Assembly (NCBI GenBank): GCA_964596645.1
Contig: CAZQVB010000007.1
Span: forward strand, 36,875-100,874
Direction: 5' to 3'
DNA: 64,000 bases
From: an uncultured Roseivirgaceae bacterium
Lineage (GTDB): Bacteria > Bacteroidota > Bacteroidia > Cytophagales > Cyclobacteriaceae
The notes under the pieces are model-generated. The model saw nothing but the letters and a program-made list of their open reading frames with translations. It had not been told where the DNA came from and ran no database searches. The position numbers were made by a program, and so were the translations under genes. Positions 19,528 through 28,289 of this stretch are shown piece after piece (the stretch's first letter is position 1; the number at the start of each line of letters is the position of its first letter).

Positions 19528-20178
19528 ATGAAGCATATAATCCTTAAATCATGGCTATTCTTTCTGGTAGCCGCTGTCGCAATGGGCTGCTATCCTGGCG
19601 GTGCCGAGTACGTGTCGGACACGGATATTGTCGTGACAGACTACAACGAGTCCTTCAACTTTGCCAATAAGCGCACCTACTTTCTTCCCGACACGGTGCA
19701 GTTTACCACCAATGACGACGATTTGGACTTGAGGCCGGCGGATGAAGAGGCGCTTCTTGAGGAAATCCACAATCAAATGGAAAGCAGGGGGTATGTTTAT
19801 ACAGCAGGTGATGCTACTTCCGCTCCAGATTTTTTTATGGCTGTGGAAGTGTCGGCCATTTCGAGAAGTGGTGGGGCCTGGGTACCAGGACCGTGGTATC
19901 CCTGGTATCCGCCAGGCTGGGGATGGGGCAGTGGCTGGGGTTGGTACTATCCCCCAGGCTATTACGTACCCTACGAATATGCCACAGGTACGGTGATTGT
20001 ATTTTTATCTGATCCGAATAATCCCGTCACTGAGGCAGGCGAAACGAACATTCCACTGGTGTGGACCGCTGTGCTGAATGGCCTGCTGGGCACAAGTGCA
20101 GGCACCACACAATCACGCATTGTAAATGGTGTGCAGCAGGCATTTGACCAATCACCATATCTGGAAAGCGACCTATGA
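19528..20178 (+). CDS. DUF4136-like lipoprotein with a Gly/Trp/Tyr/Pro-rich insertion
   Basis: Signal peptide with lipobox (AVAMGC). TGTVIVFLSD resembles the DUF4136 terminal strand. The low-complexity loop is GAWVPGPWYPWYPPGWGWGSGWGWYYPPGYYVPYEY. Confidence 0.6.
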   Translation: MKHIILKSWLFFLVAAVAMGCYPGGAEYVSDTDIVVTDYNESFNFANKRTYFLPDTVQFTTNDDDLDLRPADEEALLEEIHNQMESRGYVYTAGDATSAPDFFMAVEVSAISRSGGAWVPGPWYPWYPPGWGWGSGWGWYYPPGYYVPYEYATGTVIVFLSDPNNPVTEAGETNIPLVWTAVLNGLLGTSAGTTQSRIVNGVQQAFDQSPYLESDL

Positions 20179-20198
20179 TAATTCAAAGTATTATCTCG

Positions 20199-20783
20199 AT
20201 GAAAAAAATAGCCATTACAGCATTTGCATTCTTATTCGCCTGCGGTGTACAAGCGCAAGGCCTTTTTGGTGTTTCGTATGATGTATCGCTTGGTATGGGC
20301 GAACAGTCTGACTTTGTGGGCCCGGCCTCTTTCCGCGGCGTCACGTTAGAAGGTCGGTGGTTTTTGAACCAAAGCACCTCGCTTGGAATATCGGCTGCCT
20401 GGCATGTTTTTTATGAAGACGCCGGCGAAGAAAGCTTTGCTGACGGTACAGTTACGGCCACCGGGCGCCAATATCGCTACATCAATACGCTGCCGCTTCT
20501 GCTCAACGGTCACTACTACACCGGTGTGGAGGGCGACACCAGATTTTATTTCGGTGGTGGCATTGGGCTTTCCAGCATAGACCAGCGTACAGACATTGGC
20601 TTATATCAGATCGATCACAGCCACTGGCACTTCACAGTAGCCCCGGAGGTCGGGGTCATGGTGCCTTTAAGTTATTTCAATTCGTTGCTCATTGCGGCTA
20701 AGTATCACTATTCTCCCAAAGCAGACGATTCTATCGACTTCAGCTACCTGAGCTTGCGGGTTGGATTTACATTTTCCAAGTAA
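20199..20783 (+). CDS. Small outer-membrane beta-barrel protein (OmpW/OmpA-barrel-like)
   Basis: I trimmed the start to MKKIAITAFAFLFACGVQAQ. The sequence has alternating amphipathic strands and a C-terminal LRVGFTFSK ending typical of outer-membrane barrels. Confidence 0.6.
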   Translation: MKKIAITAFAFLFACGVQAQGLFGVSYDVSLGMGEQSDFVGPASFRGVTLEGRWFLNQSTSLGISAAWHVFYEDAGEESFADGTVTATGRQYRYINTLPLLLNGHYYTGVEGDTRFYFGGGIGLSSIDQRTDIGLYQIDHSHWHFTVAPEVGVMVPLSYFNSLLIAAKYHYSPKADDSIDFSYLSLRVGFTFSK

Positions 20784-20868
20784 TAAAGTGCAATTTCAAA
20801 ATAGAATGAGAGACGCTACGAGGCAACTTTTTTAACTTTATGATTCTAAACCAATAATTGACCACAAC

Positions 20869-21438
20869 ATGAATATGAAACTTCTTTTGCCTTTGTGCCT
20901 TCTGGCGCTCTCTGTGGGATGCTCTTCCTTACAAGTATCCTCTGATTATGACAAGTCGCATGACTTTTCGCAGTATAACACCTATTCCTATTTCGGCTGG
21001 ACGGAAAACAGTGATAAAATGCTTAATCAATTCGATAAGCAACGCATTGAAAACGCTGTGGCCAGTGAATTGAATGATCGCGGACTGCGGTATGTTGAAA
21101 AGGGTGGAGACCTTGTTGTGTCGCTTTTTATAGTAGTAGATGAAAAAACAGTGACTACGGCCTACACAGACCACTACGGTGCGGCACCCTATATGTACAG
21201 CTACGGCCCACAGTGGGGCTGGTATGGTGGCTATGGCGGAGTGCACACCACCTATACCGACCACGACTATTTGGAAGGTACGTTGGTGATTGATTTACTA
21301 GATTCGGAAGAAAAGAGATTGGTATGGCAGGGGGTAGGCTCCAAAACAGTAGATAAAGACCCCGCTAGTCGAGAAAAAGGCATTGCGCGATCTGTGTCGG
21401 CCATCATGAGTTCTTTGCCGATAAAAAAAGGAAAATGA
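20869..21438 (+). CDS. DUF4136 lipoprotein
   Basis: Lipobox LSVGC. Contains the Gly/Tyr/Trp loop YGPQWGWYGGYGG and the motif EGTLVIDLLDSEEKRLVWQG characteristic of DUF4136. Confidence 0.7.
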   Translation: MNMKLLLPLCLLALSVGCSSLQVSSDYDKSHDFSQYNTYSYFGWTENSDKMLNQFDKQRIENAVASELNDRGLRYVEKGGDLVVSLFIVVDEKTVTTAYTDHYGAAPYMYSYGPQWGWYGGYGGVHTTYTDHDYLEGTLVIDLLDSEEKRLVWQGVGSKTVDKDPASREKGIARSVSAIMSSLPIKKGK

Positions 21439-21455
21439 ATTCCTGTAGGTGAAAA

Positions 21456-21488
21456 AATGGGCTGACACCTTTGCGGCATCAGCCCATT
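21456..21488. terminator. Bidirectional rho-independent terminator between the DUF4136 gene (+) and floA (-)
   Basis: Perfect 10-bp inverted repeat AATGGGCTGA / TCAGCCCATT, flanked by an A-run upstream and a T-rich tract downstream. Confidence 0.7.
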
Positions 21489-21510
21489 TCTTTTGTTTCA
21501 ACGCACTCTT

Positions 21511-22509
21511 TTAGCTCTTATCCGATTTATCCCTTCCACGGCTTTGGGCTTGTCCTTCACCTGATATGGAGTCCCTCATGGTGGTATCGGCCTGAATGTT
21601 TTTCATACGGTAGTAGTCCATTATGCCGAGATTGCCAGAACGGAAGGCTTCAGATATTGCCTTAGGCACTTCAGATTCCGCCTCAATCACCTTGGCACGT
21701 GCTTCCTGGGCTTTTGCTTTCATCTCCTGCTCCAGGGCTACGGCCATTGCCCTGCGCTCTTCGGCTTTAGCCTCTGCCACTTTCAGGTCGGCAGATGCCT
21801 GATCGGTTTGCAGCTTGGCGCCGATGTTTTCTCCTACATCCACATCGGCAATGTCGATGGATAGAATTTCAAAGGCAGTGCCCGCATCAAGTCCGCGCTG
21901 TAGCACGAGTTTTGATATTTTATCCGGATTTTCCAGCACCTGCTTGTGCGACTGGGCAGAGCCAATAGATGTCACGATGCCCTCGCCGACCCTGGCTAAA
22001 ATGGTGTCTTCACCGGCACCACCGACCAACTGCTGAATGTTGGCCCGTACCGTAACACGCGCGATGGCGATAAGCTGTATGCCGTCGGCGGCTACTGCGG
22101 CCACACGAGGCGTAGTGATCACTTTGGGATTTACCGATATCTGCACTGCCTCGAACACTTCACGACCGGCCAGGTCTATGGCGGTGGCTTGCTTGAAAGA
22201 CAGGTTAATGTTGGCTTTGTCGGCAGAGATCAATGCTTTTATTACGCTGGGCACATTACCACCTGCCAGATAATGCGTTTCAAGATCGTCCGAAGTTAGG
22301 TTTAGTCCGGCCTTATTGGCAGTGATGAGGGAATTGACAATGATACTTGGCGGCACCTTCCTGAGGCGCATTCCAATGAGTTTGCCCAACCCTACATATA
22401 CACCTGAGAAGTAAGCGGTGATCCAAAGGTTTACCGGAATGAAGTAAAAAAATATACTGATGAGGATGATGCCCACTATCAGTATGGCAACAATGAAAAT
22501 AGAAGGCAT
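21511..22509 (-). CDS. floA: Flotillin-like protein FloA (YqfA / UPF0365)
   Basis: [29 protein letters not shown]-terminus, an SPFH-like core and an Ala/Glu-rich coiled coil. It follows an NfeD gene, as in the Bacillus yqeZ-yqfA arrangement. Confidence 0.9.
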   Translation of the reverse strand: MPSIFIVAILIVGIILISIFFYFIPVNLWITAYFSGVYVGLGKLIGMRLRKVPPSIIVNSLITANKAGLNLTSDDLETHYLAGGNVPSVIKALISADKANINLSFKQATAIDLAGREVFEAVQISVNPKVITTPRVAAVAADGIQLIAIARVTVRANIQQLVGGAGEDTILARVGEGIVTSIGSAQSHKQVLENPDKISKLVLQRGLDAGTAFEILSIDIADVDVGENIGAKLQTDQASADLKVAEAKAEERRAMAVALEQEMKAKAQEARAKVIEAESEVPKAISEAFRSGNLGIMDYYRMKNIQADTTMRDSISGEGQAQSRGRDKSDKS

Positions 22510-22514
22510 AGTTT

Positions 22515-22985
22515 TTATATTAAAGGTTCTACAAATATTCTATGGTTATTGTCAATTTTGATCACTTTCACACGGACGCCTGCATCCACATGACGGCCGA
22601 TGGTGCGCACTTCGTAGGTTCTGTTGCTGAACTCCGCTTTGCCCACAGGCCGAAGATCCGACACGGCCATCCCTTCTTCATTGAGCAACACCGTGGGCAG
22701 GAATTCGTCGTTAACATGGCTTTTGTTGGTGTCGCTGAGGGAAAAGGTTTTTAATACCCCGGATTTCAGGCCAAAATAAATGGACACACCTGCCAATACT
22801 ACAGTAATACATAAAATGAGCACTCCGGTATCTGTGCCAAATGTGGTGAAAGAGACAACCACCCCTGCGATGAGCAATCCTATGCCGACGATGCCTACTA
22901 CAGTAGTACCGGGTATAAAAATGATCTCAATAAGCACTAGTGAGATGCCCCCAAAAAGTAAAAGAATAACCGTAATCCACTCCAT
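22515..22985 (-). CDS. NfeD family membrane protein
   Basis: Three to four N-terminal transmembrane helices plus a C-terminal OB-like NfeD domain (GKAEF..YEVRT.G..VDAG..VKV). Lies upstream of floA in the same orientation. Confidence 0.8.
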   Translation of the reverse strand: MEWITVILLLFGGISLVLIEIIFIPGTTVVGIVGIGLLIAGVVVSFTTFGTDTGVLILCITVVLAGVSIYFGLKSGVLKTFSLSDTNKSHVNDEFLPTVLLNEEGMAVSDLRPVGKAEFSNRTYEVRTIGRHVDAGVRVKVIKIDNNHRIFVEPLI

Positions 22986-23045
22986 CTGCTGTATCAGGTG
23001 ATCCCTTCAAAAGTAATAAAAAGCTGTTAAAGCTTATCATCAATA

Positions 23046-24521
23046 TCAATAGGCTTTTGCAAAGACCACCCTACCCTTGGAAGGCTTGCCGGAATACATA
23101 CAGCGGCCCTGATTTTCTTGCTGCTCCAGCGGAATGCAGCGGATGGTAGCTTTTGTTTCTTCCTGTATCTTTTTCTCGGTTTCGGTGGTGCCATCCCAAT
23201 GTGCCATGATAAAGCCGCCCTCTGCCTCCAGTACCTGCTTAAACTCATCGTATGAATCGACTGTTCGGGTATTGGACTGCCGAAAATCAAGCGCCTTTTT
23301 GTAAATATTATCTTGAATTTCGATGAGAAGATCGCTGATATAGTTATCCAGATTATCAAACGACAGTATGTTTTTGGCAAGTGTATCGCGCCGTGCCACC
23401 TCGACTGTATTATTCTCCAAATCGCGGGGACCTATTGCCAATCGCACGGGCACACCCTTCAGCTCATATTCGGCAAATTTCCATCCTGGTTTAAATGTAT
23501 CTCGATCGTCATACTTTACGGTGATGCCTCTTTGCTGTAATTGTTTGATGAGTGGAGCCACCTTCTCACCGATCGCGGTGTAGTGGCTGTCGTCTTTTAC
23601 TATAGGAACGATCACCACCTGAAGAGGTGCCAACTTGGGGGGCAGTACCAGGCCGTTGTCATCGGAATGCGCCATGATGAGCCCGCCAATCAGACGTGTG
23701 CTCACACCCCATGAGGTGCCCCAAACAAATTCCTGTCCGCCATCTGAGGTGGCAAATTTCACATCAAATGCTTTGGCAAAATTTTGTCCTAAAAAATGAG
23801 AGGTGCCGGCTTGCAAGGCTTTTCCGTCTTGCATCAGGGCTTCAATGCAATATGTATCAACAGCGCCCGCGAACTTTTCTCCTTCGGTTTTCACCCCTTT
23901 CAGTACAGGTACTGCCATATGCTCTTCGGCAAAAGTGGCGTATACTTCTAGCATTTTTCGGGTTTCCTCTACCGCCTCCTGCATGGTGGCATGAGCAGTA
24001 TGGCCCTCCTGCCAAAGAAACTCTGCCGTACGCAGAAATAATCTGGTGCGCATTTCCCAACGCACCACATTGGCCCATTGGTTTATAAGTAAAGGAAGAT
24101 CCCTGTAAGACTGTATCCAGTTTTTATACATACTCCAAATGACCGTTTCAGATGTTGGACGAATGATTAGTTCTTCCTCCAGCTTTGCCGTAGGGTCTAC
24201 CACTACTCCGCTTCCATCTTCGCTACTCTTGAGCCTGTAATGCGTGACTACGGCGCATTCCTTTGCAAAGCCCTCTACGTGAGCGGCTTCGCGGCTTAAG
24301 TAAGACTTGGGAATAAACAAGGGAAAGTAGGCATTGCTGTGGCCCGTAGCCTTGAACATGCCATCGAGTGCCGACTGCATTTTCTCCCAAATGGCATAGC
24401 CATATGGCTTTATTACCATACAACCCCGCACCGGTGAATTTTCTGCCAAATCTGCTCGTTTTACTATTTCATTGTACCATGCAGAATAGTCTTCTGATCT
24501 TTTTGGTATTCCCTTACCCAT
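23046..24521 (-). CDS. proS: Proline--tRNA ligase (archaeal/eukaryote-like type)
   Basis: 491 aa. Class II motifs (FRDE-type region ..RPTSET.., [26 protein letters not shown]) and a C-terminal ProRS-C1 domain ending in ..FAKAY. Confidence 0.97.
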   Translation of the reverse strand: MGKGIPKRSEDYSAWYNEIVKRADLAENSPVRGCMVIKPYGYAIWEKMQSALDGMFKATGHSNAYFPLFIPKSYLSREAAHVEGFAKECAVVTHYRLKSSEDGSGVVVDPTAKLEEELIIRPTSETVIWSMYKNWIQSYRDLPLLINQWANVVRWEMRTRLFLRTAEFLWQEGHTAHATMQEAVEETRKMLEVYATFAEEHMAVPVLKGVKTEGEKFAGAVDTYCIEALMQDGKALQAGTSHFLGQNFAKAFDVKFATSDGGQEFVWGTSWGVSTRLIGGLIMAHSDDNGLVLPPKLAPLQVVIVPIVKDDSHYTAIGEKVAPLIKQLQQRGITVKYDDRDTFKPGWKFAEYELKGVPVRLAIGPRDLENNTVEVARRDTLAKNILSFDNLDNYISDLLIEIQDNIYKKALDFRQSNTRTVDSYDEFKQVLEAEGGFIMAHWDGTTETEKKIQEETKATIRCIPLEQQENQGRCMYSGKPSKGRVVFAKAY

Positions 24522-24592
24522 TTGAGTTGAAATATGCGTTTAAACCTTTGGTATGACTTTTGTGTCTTTGGTGTAAGACTTTGAAATTGGGG

Positions 24593-24600
24593 CAAAACTA
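24593..24600 (-). promoter_or_regulatory. Candidate -7 promoter box (TAGTTTTG on the minus strand) for proS
   Basis: The plus strand reads CAAAACTA, 72 nt upstream of the proS ATG. Confidence 0.3.
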
Positions 24601-24668
24601 AGTTTTTGCAGGTACAATAACTAAGTAATTATTTTATCGTTACCTTTATTGCTTTTAGTATTTATCAG

Positions 24669-24676
24669 AAGGAGGG
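24669..24676 (+). promoter_or_regulatory. Strong Shine-Dalgarno sequence (AAGGAGGG) for the 24684 gene
   Basis: The GGAGG core lies at 24671-24675, 8 nt before the ATG. Among the roughly eight other gene starts I checked in the window (ssb, rplU, rpmA, panC, ndk and others), none has a comparable SD sequence. Confidence 0.5.
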
Positions 24677-24683
24677 AGTAGCC

Positions 24684-26096
24684 ATGAATATTATTAAAAA
24701 CGTCCAAATTGTAGCCGGATCGCTCGCCATGCTTATGGCAGCCTCGGGCAATCCGCTGTCGGCTCAGGAGTACGATGACTTGTATTTCAACAGCAGTGAT
24801 CGCAAAACTGTAGAGGTTGACAAATCCACCTTAAAATCCATCAGTTCCAATCATTTTGGCGACGCTAACTATAAAGATATGACGGCGTCAACCGAAAATT
24901 TTTCAGCCAAAAACGTAAACCCGGAATATGTAGCCAGGTACCAGCCAAAGGCAAATGCACCGGCAGAGGAAGTGAGCGCTACGGACGAGTATAGCAGCGA
25001 AGATTATTTCGTGGAAGATTATCAAAACAACGGTGACCTCATCAATAACAAATACGATAGAAATTATACCCGCTACAGCGGAAACAATAGAAATGTTGGA
25101 AACAACGCCTGGAACGTGAATCCTTATATGGGATTCAACACTTTTAACAGCCCCTTTGGATTTTCACCCGGATGGAACTTCGGCTTTGGTTTTGGTTCGG
25201 GCTTTGGTTTTGGTCATCCTTCCATGGGATGGAACATGTCATTTGGATGGGGTAATGGCTTTGGATGGGGCAATGGCTTTTACAATCCCTGGAACTCATG
25301 GTACGGACGTGGATTTTACGATCCTTTCTTCTGCGATCCCTGGGGCCCCGGTTTCTATTCTTTCAACACATTTCGCCCCTGGGGCTGGGGACGTCCCTTT
25401 GGATTTGGTCATGGTTTTTACGGAAGTCGCCCGATCATTGTCAACAATTATTATGGTGAAGGTAATGGCCGTCTCAACTATGGTGCTCGCAGCACTCGTA
25501 GTAGCGTAGCTCCTCGTTCTTCAGAATTGAGCCGCCGGTCAGCTGCCGATAGAATAAGCACTTCAGGCAATACCACAAGCCGAACTGGCTCTCGGGTGGC
25601 CACCTCCAGTGCTTCACGTGGCTCTTCTCCGGCTAATGGACGTGTGAGCAGCAATGCCGATTACAGTAGAATGCAAAGTGAATACTTTAACAGCAGCCGA
25701 TCACGCAGTTCTTCCGACCGTATTTCTACCGTTCGCGAAAGAAACTCAAATAGCGGCTATGTAGCACCGACCAATTCAGGAAGAGACAGAAGCAGCAGTT
25801 CACAAATGAATTACAACAGGCCATCGCGATCGTCATCGACCTTTAGCAGCCCAAGCAATAACAGCGGCTCGCGATACAACAGAAGCTCTGGCAGCAGCTA
25901 CGATTCACGATCGAGCCGATCATCATATGGTTCTTCTCCGAGCCGAAGCAGCTCGAGTGGAAGTTATTCAAGAGGTAGCAGCGGCGGCAGCTATGACCGA
26001 TCATCTGGCTCATCCGGTTCCAGGTCGTCAGGATCATATGGAGGTTCAAGTTCTGGTTCATCACGAGGTTCTTCATCAAGAAGCGGAGGCAGGTAA
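24684..26096 (+). CDS. Secreted low-complexity protein: signal peptide, acidic/Asn-rich region, Gly/Phe/Trp/Asn-rich core and a Ser/Arg-rich tail of about 200 aa
   Basis: Signal peptide ...SGNPLSA|QEYDDLYF. Core sequence GWNFGFGFGSGFGFGHPSMGWNMSFGWGNGFGWGNGFYNPWNSWYGRGFY (nt ~25104-25433). The SR tail runs to the stop (nt ~25485-26093). A strong SD sequence and a long uninterrupted frame support expression. Confidence 0.7.
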   Translation: MNIIKNVQIVAGSLAMLMAASGNPLSAQEYDDLYFNSSDRKTVEVDKSTLKSISSNHFGDANYKDMTASTENFSAKNVNPEYVARYQPKANAPAEEVSATDEYSSEDYFVEDYQNNGDLINNKYDRNYTRYSGNNRNVGNNAWNVNPYMGFNTFNSPFGFSPGWNFGFGFGSGFGFGHPSMGWNMSFGWGNGFGWGNGFYNPWNSWYGRGFYDPFFCDPWGPGFYSFNTFRPWGWGRPFGFGHGFYGSRPIIVNNYYGEGNGRLNYGARSTRSSVAPRSSELSRRSAADRISTSGNTTSRTGSRVATSSASRGSSPANGRVSSNADYSRMQSEYFNSSRSRSSSDRISTVRERNSNSGYVAPTNSGRDRSSSSQMNYNRPSRSSSTFSSPSNNSGSRYNRSSGSSYDSRSSRSSYGSSPSRSSSSGSYSRGSSGGSYDRSSGSSGSRSSGSYGGSSSGSSRGSSSRSGGR

Positions 26097-26135
26097 TAAC
26101 CTGCTTCCCCCCTCTTTCTTTTAAATCATTTGGTC

Positions 26136-27773
26136 ATGAAATTCTTAAAAACGCTTACAGTAAGCGCAGGATTATTATTGCCTTTTTTGCCGATAAAAGC
26201 CCAGGTGGTGCCGGGAGCATTTTCCTACCACGAGCTTGGTCGTACTTTTAGCCAATGGAGTCATGTGGGCAGCGCAAGGCTAATGGGTGCGGGTGGTGCT
26301 CAAATAAGTTTAGGAGGCGATATCAGCAGTGCACTGTCGAATCCTGCCGGGTTGGGATTCTATAATCGGTCAGAGATTAGCTTTACACCATCATTAAGTT
26401 TTGTCAATGCAGATGCGACTTATCTCGGGACACTGAGCCGTGAGAATTCTACGCAGTTCAACTTCGACAACATTGGCGTAGTGTTTAATAGCCAAAAAGA
26501 CGAGTTGATACCGGGAAGCTACAAAGGCCATGCTTTCGCCCTTTCGTATTCCAAAGTGAATGACTTCAACAGCATTGTCTCATATCGCGGTAGCAACACA
26601 AATAATGACATTCTCGATTATATTGTTCAAGATGCCAACTTTCAAGATGTTGCAGTTGATGATCTTACTTCCATCCCCAGAAATGCCTATAATGCCTACC
26701 TGATCAATGAGTATTATGCTGTAAGAGAAAATGGTGGTGAGACGCCATTCTATGAGCGTACATTTTTTACAGAATATCCAACGTCTGAGTTTCCTACCGA
26801 GCAAAGTGAAGTGATAGAGACCGAGGGTAGTCAAAACCTGCTTTCCCTGGCCTATGGAGGCAATGTGAGCGATAGGTTCTACTTTGGCGGCGGGATCAAT
26901 ATTGCTAATATTCGCTATAATGTGTTTAAATCCTATCAGGAGCTGTATCCCAGCGGTAGTATAGTAGAGCGCAGTAACATATTCGATGAATTGCGCACAA
27001 ACGGTACAGGATTAGGCTTAACCTTTGGGGTAATCGGTAGACCTGCAAACTGGGTGACGCTTGGCCTATCCGTAATGACGCCGACCTGGTATGCTATGAG
27101 TGAAGAATATTTCAATAGTGTAAGTGCCAGCTATGATAATTATGATTTGTCTGATTATCCGAACTATTTCTTGAATAATGAAAATGCCATTGTGCCCCCC
27201 GGGAATATTAATTACGACTACATAGAAGTTGACACTCCACCCAACGAGGTATTGAATAATGTAAGTTCGGACAATAATACCTTTAGCATCTTTGACTATA
27301 ACCTCACTACGCCCATGCGTATCAATGGCGGCGCAACATTCTTTATCACTAAAAATGGTTTTTTATCGGCCGATATAGAATTTGTTGACTATTCCAATAT
27401 AAATCTAAGCGGACAGGGTGAGCGACTTGATTTTGACAATCAGCAAGTGAGCAGGCTCTATACCTCCACCATCAACTACCGGGTGGGGGGTGAATACCGC
27501 TATGAAAATTTCAGAGTTCGTGGTGGCTTCGCCTATTTTGGCGATCCGTATGGCAATAGTGCACAGGTAGTTGATGGCAGCCGCATGAACCTTACGGGCG
27601 GCTTGGGTTATAGAAACAGCAATTTCTTTATCGATGTGGCCGGCATTTACATGATGTACGATGGTGAATATGCGCCCTACGCTTTCAACGCCAACTCAAA
27701 CTTCACAACAAATGTTGTGAATATATCCACCACCAATTTTAGTCTGATGGCCTCGGTAGGTTTCTTTTTTTAA
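26136..27773 (+). CDS. Large outer-membrane beta-barrel protein, FadL/TodX/PorV-superfamily-like
   Basis: Signal peptide MKFLKTLTVSAGLLLPFLPIKAQ. The N-terminal motif ARLMGAGGAQISLGGDISSALSNPAGLGF resembles the FadL/PorV hatch region. Strand-like periodicity throughout, and a C-terminal ..MASVGFFF. Confidence 0.6.
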   Translation: MKFLKTLTVSAGLLLPFLPIKAQVVPGAFSYHELGRTFSQWSHVGSARLMGAGGAQISLGGDISSALSNPAGLGFYNRSEISFTPSLSFVNADATYLGTLSRENSTQFNFDNIGVVFNSQKDELIPGSYKGHAFALSYSKVNDFNSIVSYRGSNTNNDILDYIVQDANFQDVAVDDLTSIPRNAYNAYLINEYYAVRENGGETPFYERTFFTEYPTSEFPTEQSEVIETEGSQNLLSLAYGGNVSDRFYFGGGINIANIRYNVFKSYQELYPSGSIVERSNIFDELRTNGTGLGLTFGVIGRPANWVTLGLSVMTPTWYAMSEEYFNSVSASYDNYDLSDYPNYFLNNENAIVPPGNINYDYIEVDTPPNEVLNNVSSDNNTFSIFDYNLTTPMRINGGATFFITKNGFLSADIEFVDYSNINLSGQGERLDFDNQQVSRLYTSTINYRVGGEYRYENFRVRGGFAYFGDPYGNSAQVVDGSRMNLTGGLGYRNSNFFIDVAGIYMMYDGEYAPYAFNANSNFTTNVVNISTTNFSLMASVGFFF

Positions 27774-28288
27774 GCCGAAAGCCCGTTTAAAACTTTTTTA
27801 ACACGCTCATCAGGATCGCCATAATCCTGGCCGATTATAATGTGCGCCCTTTCGTAATGCTCCTTCCTTTGCTCGTATTTTTTGCTCAGCTCTGCCAATA
27901 GCTGCTCACTGGTTCGCCCTTTGAGCAAAGGACGCTTCTCTGTTCCTTTTTTCACAAGATGGTCATGAATCGCTGTCACGGGAATATCTAAGAACACCGT
28001 GGTACCATGTGCTTTCATAAAATCCATATTATGATGAAAGCATGGAGCACCACCTCCAGTGGCCATCACGAAGCGTTCATTCTCCTGTGAAGTTGCTTTC
28101 AACAATTCCTGCTCAATAAGCCTGAAGCCAACTTCGCCTTTATGTTCAAAAATTTCGGTAATGGGTTCGCCCTCATGAGCCACTATCAGATCGTCCAGAT
28201 CAAAAAAAGGCAAATCGAGCGTTGCTGCCAGCAGCCTGCCAATTTTACTCTTGCCCGTTCCAGGCATGCCTACCAGGTATATCTTCAT
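27770..28288 (-). CDS. aroK: Shikimate kinase
   Basis: MKIYLVGMPGTGKSKIGRLLA (P-loop), DLDD and GGG motifs. 172 aa. Confidence 0.92.
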   Translation of the reverse strand: MKIYLVGMPGTGKSKIGRLLAATLDLPFFDLDDLIVAHEGEPITEIFEHKGEVGFRLIEQELLKATSQENERFVMATGGGAPCFHHNMDFMKAHGTTVFLDIPVTAIHDHLVKKGTEKRPLLKGRTSEQLLAELSKKYEQRKEHYERAHIIIGQDYGDPDERVKKVLNGLSA

Positions 28289-28289
28289 C

